Source: a virus. From it: a DNA stretch of 64,000 nt. Below are positions 48,801 to 56,276 of the stretch, in pieces. The translations under genes and the position numbers were made by a program. The stretch's first letter is position 1. Each line of letters opens with the position of its first letter. The notes below the pieces were generated by a model. It worked only from the letters and a program-made list of their open reading frames with translations, searched no databases and was not told the origin of the DNA. The stretch is taken from positions 5,966 to 69,965 of IMG/VR virus record IMGVR_UViG_3300042463_000422; one strand, given 5' to 3'.

Positions 48801-51800
48801 TCGGCAGCAATCAGGAGCGCACCGGTCGCAACCTCAAGGTTGGCGACACCACCGCATTCGGCCACGTCATCACCAAGGAGGATGTGAAAGCGGCTGAGCT
48901 TCAGGCCCGGTTCGCTGACGCGATCTATAAGGCGGCTCGCGGTTCTGAGAGCGGCGGCATCGCCATGTACTATCCGACTCTGGTTCAGGAGTCGTTCATT
49001 CAGAATGGCGAGAAGCGCACCCGATACCGTTACGCTTATGCGGGCGGCGCGTTCACGACCCCGATGATTCTGGATCGAAGCGAGCTTCCCGGAAGCGTGC
49101 TCGACATGGCGAAGCAGTGGTACAATTACGGTACTAGCCCATCAACAGCCTACTCCAACCGACTCGCGCTTCTGCAGGGTCGCAAGTGGTTGGTCAACTT
49201 CGCACTCAAGCACGTCATGGAGACAAGCCCTCTCTACAAGAGGAAGTCTCCGTACGCGAAGATCTATCAATCCCTCGCCGATCGCTATGCGTCTACAGGC
49301 AAGCTGCCCGGAACCCTAGATGATCTGGTCAATGACATCGACGCGATGACTCCGGCTCTCGGAGACGAGGTTGCGCGCAAGGCTGAGATAACCCAGCGAC
49401 TGGTCGAAGAGATCAATCAGTTCGTTGAATCGTACCTGACTCAGGTTCAGGGTTCTGATCGCGATGAAGAGACTGCTGCTCTGAAGACCGATGCGCTGTC
49501 GGCCAACTCTTTTAACTCGATCATCAGCGGGTCAAATAACTTCACCAAGCCTCGTGGTGAAATGGTTGCTCCGTCCAACTTCTACAACTTCACACTGTCG
49601 AGCGATAGCGCCAAGGGTGTGATCGCGCACTCGGCCATGATGCCGATTCGCATGCGCCAGTTGACGCTGATGGGAGATGCCAAGAAGGCGTTCGAGGTTG
49701 AGCTCGCAAAGATCAACGATGAGATCAAGAACCGAAAGGGGTCAGCAGGATATCTTAATCGCGAATGGACTGAGCCGAAGCGGAACGTGCTCTCTGGTAA
49801 AGCGTATCTGAATCAAGGCCAGTTGATTGATCTCGTTACGATGATCAACAACAGCCTCGATGTTCTTAAGCAGACGCTTGAGAAGCCTGCTGTTGGACGC
49901 CTTCAGACCACCGTTATCGAGGATATGCTGCAAGTTCGCCGAGTGATGCTGGTTGCTCAGCTGACATCGGCGATTATGAACTTCACTCAGGCCGTGACCG
50001 CGGGGCAGTTCACTCCGAGCATCTATCTTCAGGGCTACAAGCCGAAGAGCCTGGTCAAACAGAGCCTGCTGCAGATTGTCAGAGGCGCTTGGGATACCGC
50101 TGCCGCGCTGTCTTCCGAGAACAAGGCGGTGTCTGGATGGCTCAAGGCCAACAAGTCCAAGTCCATGTTCCTGATGCGCAAGTTCGCTGAGCGCACCGAG
50201 GAGTTCCAGAAGATGCAGGCTCGTTCCAATTTCGAGGGATTCGCTGCTCCCAGATTGGGTGTGTTTGAACGTGCTAGGATCATTCGACAACTCGGAGGGT
50301 ATGGATCTCAAGTTGAGGGTTTTGCTGACTCCAAGGGCTCCACGTCGCAGGCGCTTGAGAGCGTCTTCTCGAAGTGGTTTCTTCCGCACGTTGTGCTGGC
50401 AGTTCAGAACATCCCGGCATCGGTTGATCGAGTGGCAAACATGATCAACCTCATGTCCATTCAGGACTCGCTGAATCTTGTGATGCGTTCCGGCACATCA
50501 ATCATGGAGAAGCGAGCGGCGTCTGGCGCTGCCGGATGGGACAACTGGTCTGACCCGAAGAACCTGATCAGCGAGGCTGAGGCCGAGGCCGCTGGTTGGC
50601 AGCGTGAGACTCTGGTCAACATGCGTCAGGCGTTCTCTGGGCTTGGTGGCTTGGAGCGCGTGCTGCACGACTACTGGTTGCGGGTGCAGGCTGCCAAGGT
50701 TGCAGGCACTAGCATCGATGACGTCCCACCGATTGCTGATGAGGGATTCAACCGCGACATATCACGCGAGCTTCTCGGCATGACCAATGCCGCGATGGAG
50801 GGCATGCGTCCTGAGGCTATTCAGGGCCGCACCGTGTTGGGTCGCATCTACAACTTCCTGTTCACGTTCTCCAGCTGGGTGAACCGATACTTCAGCACGC
50901 TTGGAAACCTGACTGCTGTTGACCCGAAGCGTGGCTACATCAATTTCGCTGCTTACTCAGCGGTCTCGATGGCGCTTCTTCTGACTGTGCTTGCCATCTC
51001 TGGGGCATGGAACAACGAGATCCGTGGGTTCTTCTACGAATTCGTGAAGGGTCGGCCGTACGCAGTGACCCGCGTTGGTGATGTGCTCCGAGATACCACC
51101 CCCGGAAGCATTGCGAAGCTGGCAGCTGCGTCGATTGGCTTGATGGTCCCCTACGCTGGCGAGTCGATAGCCAATCTGGTGGGCGGTCAGAACTACCGGA
51201 ACTCTCCGACCGATATCGCCAGCTTCTCGCAGAGTGTGCAGCTGGCCAAGACGTTCTCATCCGCCATCGAGAGCGGCATGAAGACTGGTGACTGGACTGG
51301 AACACTGGTCAACACGTTGCGTCAGACGGTGCCAGGAACCGATGCTGTGCTTAACCGATTGCCGGGTGTGCGTGCTGCAGATGCATCGGCTGATGCAGGA
51401 CGTGCCGCCCGTGTCGCTGCTGGCCCGCTGGAGCTCTCCGACAAGGGTGGGCAGGGTGGAACACCCACCAAGTTCAGCAACCTCGTCAGAAGGGCAGAGG
51501 CTGCCGCCGCTGGTGGCAACCTTGAGGAAGCCAGAAGCCTGCTTGAGCAAGCCGCTGAGGAGAAGAAGAAGACTGGAGGCACCGATCCGTACGGTGCTGT
51601 GAAGTCTGCGATCGCCGGCCGATCTGTTGATCGGAAGACGTTCGGCCGAAAGCTGACGGACGACGAGCGTGAGGGGCTGCTCTCTCGCATGAGCGATGGT
51701 CAGCGTGCTGCCTATCAGAAGGCGGAAGACGCCAACAATGCACTTGCCGGCCTAGTTCCTGAATCGGGAAGCCGAGGCGAGTACGAGCGGGTTGGCGGAA

Positions 51801-52015
51801 AGCCGAAGACTGCGATCGATCGAATGAACACGAAGCTCAGGAAGATCCGCCGCTCCGCTACACCCAAGGCGTTGAGGGCGATCAACAAGAAGATCAAGTC
51901 CCTCAAGCCGAAGAAGCTGAAGATCTCGAAGCCGAAGAACGTGTCCGGCTCAAGGCTGCTGCGACCAAAAGCTCGGGGGGCGGGGGCTTCTGTGCTGCGC
52001 CCCGCCTCGATGTGA
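42854..52015 (+). CDS. giant ejection / polyvalent-type protein (3053 aa) with zincin HExxH motif
   Basis: Ala-rich helical; AAFY...IYI...MHEAVHAAT...EFVGE; last gene of the virion operon. Confidence 0.8.
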   Translation: MPKIIAVEGQGNLQFGDDWSDEQIDQYIEDKYFGGQSSAQSQAIPAAEKQGVWDSFTSGFGRGFEAGGIPFYSGGKEAVKSVGVLSAALAAREGTASDEQMQRLREYKAEEDKAAAEAEGRGSLERIAYGVGRVLGEAPGFAGELALTGGIATAGEKAAVKAAATAVKALGKETAYTATRKAADWAADKVSGRIVRGAAGAAAQTIPSGAARIVSGTAERMTPGFELEEAPGGTYFTETKQADPFVTAAYKALGDQFIEVLSERSGGFLTDMLGTGARKAGLGSTIDWASGLKKAVAGRVAQKYPGMFEGNNFIDAIGKTTKWDGVFGEMLEERAGEVGRAALGVQDYQAPSMEQLATEALGFGLIDAGFNGARLAAALSKKNLSKDQRARTQQALDAVTAAEIITPQTDLVENQEPISGDVAGSTVAITPSGRIIRTNSAKRRAELEAGLFLQQDSGQVIDDQEVADEQRVGQYPPEGFGTGVIPSAEEQQRRAAVRARVASRNREAANAARLQAMAAEEQAQREADAAAAVPQSRESAADQLNAVTSLLADQEALVNQPQSRFGPGARGEVPQTIRDAGTDVMAKLRALQQRDRELNAQIEAEIAARAEAKRLAAEKAAQEQAAREQAAAQARAAAEKAAQEKAAAEAAAANTPTSPPTDISLPVGTGAAPVGGVPVAAPVVASNGTQIQAPPAAAVATVQPAKTETPSGPAGSQTTQAQNQLTPPASRVAEVNAEVISAKPDHYYRSIQTPEDLDGTRHMDLGRIWPDTFVIEMSPEQKATNTGANDTFRGKVNPNNVTRIIYDNRSYSEYPADYVQALRSRFPNAEFVDAVLNDKEDGYVVLRKTPSINANQVQGPVAAPKYSDGTEVKAGDTIRWRTAAGKNEVLGTIDSIKDGVPQVRVTQLSKKAPNTQKIGNIELSGVYPVINSNLLEKREPVKEEEKKKIGRPSKITQTDDENVAAILEEGVNHPMWPRFSELMRGALNENEADEEALDALREQVGTRASVAMEAAFNQQTAFDFIDGQQSVVNVEIDDVLTNYDRGLKKWVLKNIDSKSPVGFSPKKNLVIAVRNSRKKSLVEKKTTAMSSSVNEDGEESSPIEQFAQPVNKESAASLASIFRNVEALADAVVSAIQKAEAAVRGRQLTPDEFTKAVVSGFKSLIPNAPANVAATLESIGLTASGNLQDIYDEKGIDGVDNAIAEGEALLANAAAQDTGNQSLQQGEITLADAINTVLAGNTASSWMRGIAEKLLKAKLRARVVVLSDAEFDRIAPRPGQAAFYDSNPQSDTIYIRQSAASHDYLVMHEAVHAATVYALRTNVSFRNEVRRLRDAAVNALGANSFYGLQEHGSNFNNLAEFVGESMSSQEFRDALNGVVDKDGQSLWTKFLNLIGRLFGFKGEQKTLLDQIVNLSTEQFAPNIAISEGDQGVGELMSAPQIESAEQLNDLTSVPGLNAANIAAIENLAATQAQMVPGSIVSQIATLPTTVRRSLNWLVEQAAASPSPKALSSMPTVTEEDVQAKHEAAHAVDKLARDVENERSKVLESLEEQRNQYAALINGLKANLASANAEVAATTGVVDNLVEDYKDYVEDVKSVSGVLSMAQKTAIEKEAEIVRRTHKESDQMRKAISAIAEGVTDAELNNAQTNDDIVNIIATRKMLDGKVLPETINTLFTVGSSGKTPLQSMRRLIPALKMIKKINSNIAGVRASVDAFEKAVSGMTGNKQRKVNPRAFARLYRRVLQKQSKAIEEARLLDNTINRMERKILRLVQELDVYDNLVASPEFSSQYEEAIRNLNILSSNAGDYGGAEGAKSDRKVTYKIGSQLYTIEYSADPVTNANNNAVVMSALTAIEAELKKPLSPIDRYKLKWMRTKLTLFSNPMGDAALAINSFDIINRLRVAIPILTPLIDRAYVLSLMPGTVGKELRILLKVSMSVASGIEAARMNPRYGEYAINLAVDNAIKSHPGLDARTWDKEVLNEFLGSNQERTGRNLKVGDTTAFGHVITKEDVKAAELQARFADAIYKAARGSESGGIAMYYPTLVQESFIQNGEKRTRYRYAYAGGAFTTPMILDRSELPGSVLDMAKQWYNYGTSPSTAYSNRLALLQGRKWLVNFALKHVMETSPLYKRKSPYAKIYQSLADRYASTGKLPGTLDDLVNDIDAMTPALGDEVARKAEITQRLVEEINQFVESYLTQVQGSDRDEETAALKTDALSANSFNSIISGSNNFTKPRGEMVAPSNFYNFTLSSDSAKGVIAHSAMMPIRMRQLTLMGDAKKAFEVELAKINDEIKNRKGSAGYLNREWTEPKRNVLSGKAYLNQGQLIDLVTMINNSLDVLKQTLEKPAVGRLQTTVIEDMLQVRRVMLVAQLTSAIMNFTQAVTAGQFTPSIYLQGYKPKSLVKQSLLQIVRGAWDTAAALSSENKAVSGWLKANKSKSMFLMRKFAERTEEFQKMQARSNFEGFAAPRLGVFERARIIRQLGGYGSQVEGFADSKGSTSQALESVFSKWFLPHVVLAVQNIPASVDRVANMINLMSIQDSLNLVMRSGTSIMEKRAASGAAGWDNWSDPKNLISEAEAEAAGWQRETLVNMRQAFSGLGGLERVLHDYWLRVQAAKVAGTSIDDVPPIADEGFNRDISRELLGMTNAAMEGMRPEAIQGRTVLGRIYNFLFTFSSWVNRYFSTLGNLTAVDPKRGYINFAAYSAVSMALLLTVLAISGAWNNEIRGFFYEFVKGRPYAVTRVGDVLRDTTPGSIAKLAAASIGLMVPYAGESIANLVGGQNYRNSPTDIASFSQSVQLAKTFSSAIESGMKTGDWTGTLVNTLRQTVPGTDAVLNRLPGVRAADASADAGRAARVAAGPLELSDKGGQGGTPTKFSNLVRRAEAAAAGGNLEEARSLLEQAAEEKKKTGGTDPYGAVKSAIAGRSVDRKTFGRKLTDDEREGLLSRMSDGQRAAYQKAEDANNALAGLVPESGSRGEYERVGGKPKTAIDRMNTKLRKIRRSATPKALRAINKKIKSLKPKKLKISKPKNVSGSRLLRPKARGAGASVLRPASM

Positions 52016-52316
52016 ACGACAGGGGGCTGACGGTCTTCCGCGGGTCGAGAGACCTGCGGAGGAAGTATCGGTGACGCCAGAGGTTGCGGAGTGTGACGCC
52101 GCAGCCTCGCATGAATGCGTCAGCATCTCCGATGGAGACCTTGTCCCACGACTTCATCAGCGACAGGTCGCGCACCTTTTCATAGGAGAGTCCGCTACGC
52201 TTGGCGATGTCGTGATGTGTGAGGCGCTTGGCCCCTCGACCTTTACCCTCCCGCGCCAAGAGCCGGATGATCTGGGGAGGGAATGCACTGAGCATTTGGG
52301 AGATCGTGTCTTTCAT
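51903..52316 (-). CDS. HTH-like basic protein
   Basis: LTHHDIAKRSGLSYEKVRDLS; convergent overlap with the giant gene. Confidence 0.65.
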   Translation of the reverse strand: MKDTISQMLSAFPPQIIRLLAREGKGRGAKRLTHHDIAKRSGLSYEKVRDLSLMKSWDKVSIGDADAFMRGCGVTLRNLWRHRYFLRRSLDPRKTVSPLSFTSRRGAAQKPPPPELLVAAALSRTRSSASRSSASSA

Positions 52317-52333
52317 CTGCAGCTGACTGTAAA

Positions 52334-52487
52334 TGGATGACCCATCGGATTGAACGGCTGGATTTCAACAAGGTTCCAGTGAGTAGGTTTGCATCCACCC
52401 CACCGTCTCTCAGCCAAAGTACCCGAACCTCTGGACCCTAGGCCCAGCGTGTCTTATGCCCGTCGGCTTTCTCTACACCATGGATCA
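52334..52487 (-). ncRNA. 154-nt tRNA-like RNA with expanded D and T arms and a CCA end
   Basis: Acceptor UGAUCCA/UGGGUCA+U+CCA; D stem GUGU/ACAC; anticodon stem CUGGG/UCCAG; T stem UCGG/CCGA with GUUCAAU. Confidence 0.7.
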
Positions 52488-52491
52488 AAAT

Positions 52492-52566
52492 TGGTAGCGG
52501 GGGGTGGACTCGAACCACCGACCGTCTGCTTATGAGGCAGCCTAGCTACCACTGCTACACCCCGCC
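52492..52566 (-). tRNA. tRNA-Met(CAT), initiator-like body
   Basis: GGCGGGG UG UAGC AGUGGUA GCUA G GCUGC CUCAUAA GCAGA CGGUC GGUGG UUCGAGU CCACC CCCCGCU A CCA. Confidence 0.93.
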
Positions 52567-52575
52567 ACGAAAGCA

Positions 52576-52663
52576 ACTGGGGCGCTCCGTTTTATGCGGT
52601 TACGGAGCAGGGATACCATGTGACCAGCGAACCACCACCGCCGCAATCCCTGCTTGCCCCAGT
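52576..52663 (-). ncRNA. three-way-junction RNA with potential loop-loop pairing
   Basis: ACUGGGGC/GCCCCAGU, AGGGAU/AUCCCU, GCUCCGU/ACGGAGC; loops UGCGG and CCGCA. Confidence 0.55.
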
Positions 52664-52670
52664 AGAAAAT

Positions 52671-52790
52671 GTGCCCGTTGTTGTCTCAGTGTGAGGAGGC
52701 TAGAAGATCCTTCCCCCTCGGGCGCACTGCGGATGCCGGTCTTTCCCGACTGTCACTGCTTGTCATCGCAGACTTGAGTCAACCAGTGCT
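52671..52790 (-). ncRNA. structured RNA, first element of the ncRNA cassette
   Basis: CUGCG/CGCAG, GUCGG-GAAAGA-CCGGC, GAGGGGG/CCUCCUC, GCCCG/CGGGC. Confidence 0.5.
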
Positions 52791-52795
52791 CACTA

Positions 52796-52824
52796 GGTGT
52801 AGTACACCATGTGGGCGGTGTCAA
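52796..52824 (-). promoter_or_regulatory. promoter/operator copy 7: TTGACA-N10-GGTGTACTACACC
   Basis: Directly upstream of the ncRNA/tRNA cassette. Confidence 0.8.
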
Positions 52825-52832
52825 CGAGTGCT

Positions 52833-53300
52833 TTAGAAAGGCACGTCGTCGTCCATACTGACAGGACCATCGTTGGAAACACCCGCAGCAGCCTGCCGCT
52901 GGCTGACAGGGGCCTGCTGTTGATTGAAGCGTTGGACATTGGAACCGCCACCAGTCGGAGGAGTGGACGGCCGAGACAGCAGCTGGAGGTTCTCACCAAA
53001 GATGCCGAGCTTGCTCCGCTTCTCGCCCGTCTTCTTATCCTCCCACTGGTCGAGCTTGAGGCGTCCGTCGATCAGGATGGGGTCACCCTTCTTGACGTAC
53101 TTACTGACCACGTCGGAAACCTTCCCGATGAAGTCAACGTCGACGAACGTGGTTTCCTCCTTCTTCTCACCACTCTCAGTGGAGAACTTGCGGGAGACTG
53201 CCAGTCCGATCTTTGCGATAGAGGTGCCCTTGGGGGTGACCCTGACTTCGGGATCACGGGTGACGTTGCCCATGAGGACGACCTTGTTGTACGATGCCAT
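52833..53300 (-). CDS. ssb: single-stranded DNA-binding protein
   Basis: NKVVLMGNVTRDPE, GRLKLDQWEDK, DDDVPF tail. Confidence 0.97.
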   Translation of the reverse strand: MASYNKVVLMGNVTRDPEVRVTPKGTSIAKIGLAVSRKFSTESGEKKEETTFVDVDFIGKVSDVVSKYVKKGDPILIDGRLKLDQWEDKKTGEKRSKLGIFGENLQLLSRPSTPPTGGGSNVQRFNQQQAPVSQRQAAAGVSNDGPVSMDDDVPF

Positions 53301-53339
53301 GTTATTCCTTTTGGTTAGTGATAGCGCACGAAGCGCGTG

Positions 53340-54521
53340 CTAACTAAAGATGCTCACGTCCCTGATGTCAACGACCAGTCTGAACCCACAGGTGGGCTCG
53401 CCGCGTTCGTCGCATGGGATGGTGACTGCTCGCTTTCCTTCAGCGTTTACAAGGGTCTTCACGAACTGCACCGGCTCTCCGTCCGGCAGGTTGATCCGCC
53501 CCTTCTTCACGATGTAGATGCGCTCAGGTTTGAACGTGAACGCGCTGGATTGGGAGACGCGCTGGCCGTTGGTGACCACTGTGATCTCCTGCATGTTGCC
53601 TGCTTTGACGCGAGCCTCGGACACGCCTTGTCTTATGGCGTCGGTATCAACGTGAACGTACTGGGAGAAGATCCGCGGATCGAGGTGACCCGAGACCTTG
53701 GTTGCCAGAATGGTGCTCATGCCGCTGTTGGCCAGCATTGAGACGAATGAGTGGCGGAGGCTGTGGAACCGCTTGCTGCGATCGATGCCCGCCTTGTCTG
53801 CGATGTACCTGAATGCGTCACTGCCACTGCTGGCAATGACGTGTCGGTCCATGTTGACCCTGCTGCCTGCTTGATCCGACACGAAGTCGGTTGGGCTGGC
53901 AGTGGGGGATTCAGCACGCAGGGCCTGCAACGCCCTGCCAAGCTCGTCTGTTGGGTTGAATGGTATGATCGACTCGGTTCCTGTCTTCACACGCCTGATG
54001 CGGATGAAGCATTTGTCCATGTCGATGTCACCCCACCGCAGCATCATGCAGTCCGCGATGGACATGCCGGTGTTCCATCCAAGAAGTATGACCCAGTCCA
54101 TCCAGTGGCCGGCCGCTGTGTGTCGCAGCTTGATGTACTCTTCGTGAGTGATGGCGTTGACGCTCCGCTCGTCGCGGATGGTTGGAGTTCGCACGGCGTG
54201 GTGCGGACTGGTATTTACTCGACCAGTGGTCTCAAGCCACCTCAGGAACCGACGCACCGAGTTCCAGTACTCCTGAGCAGTGCGCGGCTTGTGGTTCTCG
54301 AAGAGCCGGGTGCAGTAGGTCTGCAGGTTCTCCGACGTGATGGTGTCGTGATGGCACGCCTTCATCCAAGATATCCACTTATTGATCCAAAGTTTCGAGA
54401 AGTGGATTGTAGCTGGGCGGCGACCCGGGAAGTCGCTGTTGTGATATGTCACAGCAAGATGCGCAAGCTGTGATGGGTTCATGTAGATCACATGTCCTTG
54501 GTACGTAGTTTCTGTGGTCAT
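53340..54521 (-). CDS. tyrosine recombinase/integrase family protein (first catalytic Arg replaced by Ser)
   Basis: SAM-like N-terminus, TGMSIAD, KT, FHSLRHSF, SGH, QYVH. Confidence 0.88.
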   Translation of the reverse strand: MTTETTYQGHVIYMNPSQLAHLAVTYHNSDFPGRRPATIHFSKLWINKWISWMKACHHDTITSENLQTYCTRLFENHKPRTAQEYWNSVRRFLRWLETTGRVNTSPHHAVRTPTIRDERSVNAITHEEYIKLRHTAAGHWMDWVILLGWNTGMSIADCMMLRWGDIDMDKCFIRIRRVKTGTESIIPFNPTDELGRALQALRAESPTASPTDFVSDQAGSRVNMDRHVIASSGSDAFRYIADKAGIDRSKRFHSLRHSFVSMLANSGMSTILATKVSGHLDPRIFSQYVHVDTDAIRQGVSEARVKAGNMQEITVVTNGQRVSQSSAFTFKPERIYIVKKGRINLPDGEPVQFVKTLVNAEGKRAVTIPCDERGEPTCGFRLVVDIRDVSIFS

Positions 54522-54593
54522 TGTATTAGTATTCTAAGTATTGTGATAACGATGTAGATCTCAGCTATCCACATCACGAGTATCCCGAAGAGC

Positions 54594-54872
54594 TTAAGCG
54601 AGCCCTTCATCGAATGTCCTCGATACTCTAGGCTTTAGATCCTTGTAGTAGGACCAGACACCACGCATAAACTGAAGGCGTGATCGACACCCGACTGAGG
54701 AGTCAACGATCGCCTTGAGGTGTAGGTTCATCTTGTCCATAGACTGCATCGTTGTCGCTGCCTTCAACTCCTTGATCTCCGATTCCATCTTATCGATGGC
54801 GGACATTATGATCTGCGCATTGTAGTCGAGCTTACCTTTAGTGAGTTTGAACAAGTCTTCGTCTGAAATCAT
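54594..54872 (-). CDS. hypothetical helical protein
   Basis: 92 aa ORF. Confidence 0.7.
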   Translation of the reverse strand: MISDEDLFKLTKGKLDYNAQIIMSAIDKMESEIKELKAATTMQSMDKMNLHLKAIVDSSVGCRSRLQFMRGVWSYYKDLKPRVSRTFDEGLA

Positions 54873-54884
54873 GGCGGTGTCGTG

Positions 54885-55466
54885 TTACTTGTTTGCTTCC
54901 TTCTCGACCGATACGCACAGGTTGAAGAGCCAGTCGCGGATCGCGATCAGCTTCCGCTTCACCCATGAGGGCTGAGCAGTCTTCGGAGCGTCAGGCTTGC
55001 GGACAGTTGTGACGCTAGGGTTGATCAGTGACGATGCCGTGTAAGCCTTCTGTCTCGCGAGCTCTTGATCTTGCATCATCGACTGTGAGATCAGGTCAGC
55101 AGTGTAGATCACAGCAGCGTTGCGCATTGCAGCCGCCTCTTTGGCAGCACGCTCGAGGTCCAGCTTGCGCTGGTAACGCTTGAGCCCTTGAGGGCTGGGG
55201 CTCGCATGCCTGAGGTGTTCAGGAGCAAAGCGGCGGCGAGCCGTGCAAACGGGAGGGCAGGTTACACTGTTCTCTTTGGCGATCTGGTGGTCAGGCTTGG
55301 TCCAGTCAACCTTGGTCCAGTCGATGCGGTACTTCTCGCGCTTGAACTTGCGGAGGTGTGTCTGCTTTCGGTAGTAGGCGATCAAGGACGGAGTCACCCC
55401 GAGGGATTCTGAAATCTCTCGGTTGGTTAGATCCCAGTTGATGGATTGAATATCGATGCGGTTCAT
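54885..55466 (-). CDS. tandem HTH protein (DW-type repeats)
   Basis: INWDLTNREISESLGVT..YR and VDWTKPDHQIAKENSVT..AR. Confidence 0.7.
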   Translation of the reverse strand: MNRIDIQSINWDLTNREISESLGVTPSLIAYYRKQTHLRKFKREKYRIDWTKVDWTKPDHQIAKENSVTCPPVCTARRRFAPEHLRHASPSPQGLKRYQRKLDLERAAKEAAAMRNAAVIYTADLISQSMMQDQELARQKAYTASSLINPSVTTVRKPDAPKTAQPSWVKRKLIAIRDWLFNLCVSVEKEANK

Positions 55467-55544
55467 GTGTATTGTGTGTTCAGTTTTTTGCTCGGCGTCA
55501 TTGCCGACAGAACCCAACAGCTGCGACTGATGGGTCTATGTCGA

Positions 55545-56261
55545 TCATGCTGCGACCATCTGCTCGATCTGGTGTCTGACCACGAACCCAGTGGTGTCCT
55601 TCTTGGCCTCGCCCTTGGGCTTGAGTCCAACGACTGTTCCGCGAGGATCAATGAACCTCAGGTCATGCTGGTCGCCGTCGATGACAGGCCAGCTGTTCCA
55701 GCGAGAGGGTCTCTCACCCTCGAAGATGACGGCCACGTTCCCGCCACGGGCAAGGATGTCGAGGCAGTCCTCGTTGTTGCTCCCGCTGTAGGAGAACGTG
55801 AGCTTGTAGTTGGGCGGCAGGTCGCCCTTGAGCATCTTGCCAACGCGATACGCCGACTTGGTGTAGTCGTAGAACTGTACGTGTGGGTGCTTCTTTATGA
55901 CGCTGTGCTGACCAAGTTCCCAAGCGATGTCACTCGTCCCATTGAGGCGGACGCAGGGCTTGAGGCCGTCGCGCTCAGCATCGAGCTTCAGCTGCTTGAT
56001 GTCGTAGTTCAGTGCGTTCATGAAGTCGTCGCGCTGAGAGAAGAACCAGCGCGTCTTGCGAATGCGGGCCAGCTGGACGTTGGCGAACTTGCCGCGACCG
56101 GACGTGTTGAGACACGCCTCGGTGCAGCCAGCATTGCGCCATGGGCAGACCTCAAACCCAGACAGGTTGCCCGGTGCGAGGTAGAGGATTCCAGTGAGGT
56201 AGCCAAGGGCTGTTCCCTTGGGTGTCTTGGCGTCAGTGTTGACGCCCAGCAGTTGGTACAT
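55545..56261 (-). CDS. gp88-like Cys-cluster protein
   Basis: ILYLAP, VCP...GC...CL..SGRG, VRLNGTSDI, FYDYTK, LTFS, IDGD.HDLRF.D, VGLK.KG. Confidence 0.85.
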   Translation of the reverse strand: MYQLLGVNTDAKTPKGTALGYLTGILYLAPGNLSGFEVCPWRNAGCTEACLNTSGRGKFANVQLARIRKTRWFFSQRDDFMNALNYDIKQLKLDAERDGLKPCVRLNGTSDIAWELGQHSVIKKHPHVQFYDYTKSAYRVGKMLKGDLPPNYKLTFSYSGSNNEDCLDILARGGNVAVIFEGERPSRWNSWPVIDGDQHDLRFIDPRGTVVGLKPKGEAKKDTTGFVVRHQIEQMVAA

Positions 56262-56276
56262 AGTTCCTTGTGAGTA

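Noticed and set aside
42854-52015. Virion RNA polymerase or tape measure call for the giant protein
   Set aside because: No DxDGD or T7-type catalytic motifs recognised and no tail tube genes; left as ejection/polyvalent protein
52334-52487. Amber-suppressor tRNA or stop-codon recoding
   Set aside because: CUA is not centred in the 7-nt loop, and genes read normally in code 11 with TAG used as a stop (e.g. 4122, 40628)
52600-52660. Second twister or ZTP riboswitch (contains UGCGGC and CGCUGGUCACA)
   Set aside because: Lacks AAGCC, the P4 partner and the GAG element; ZTP consensus incomplete
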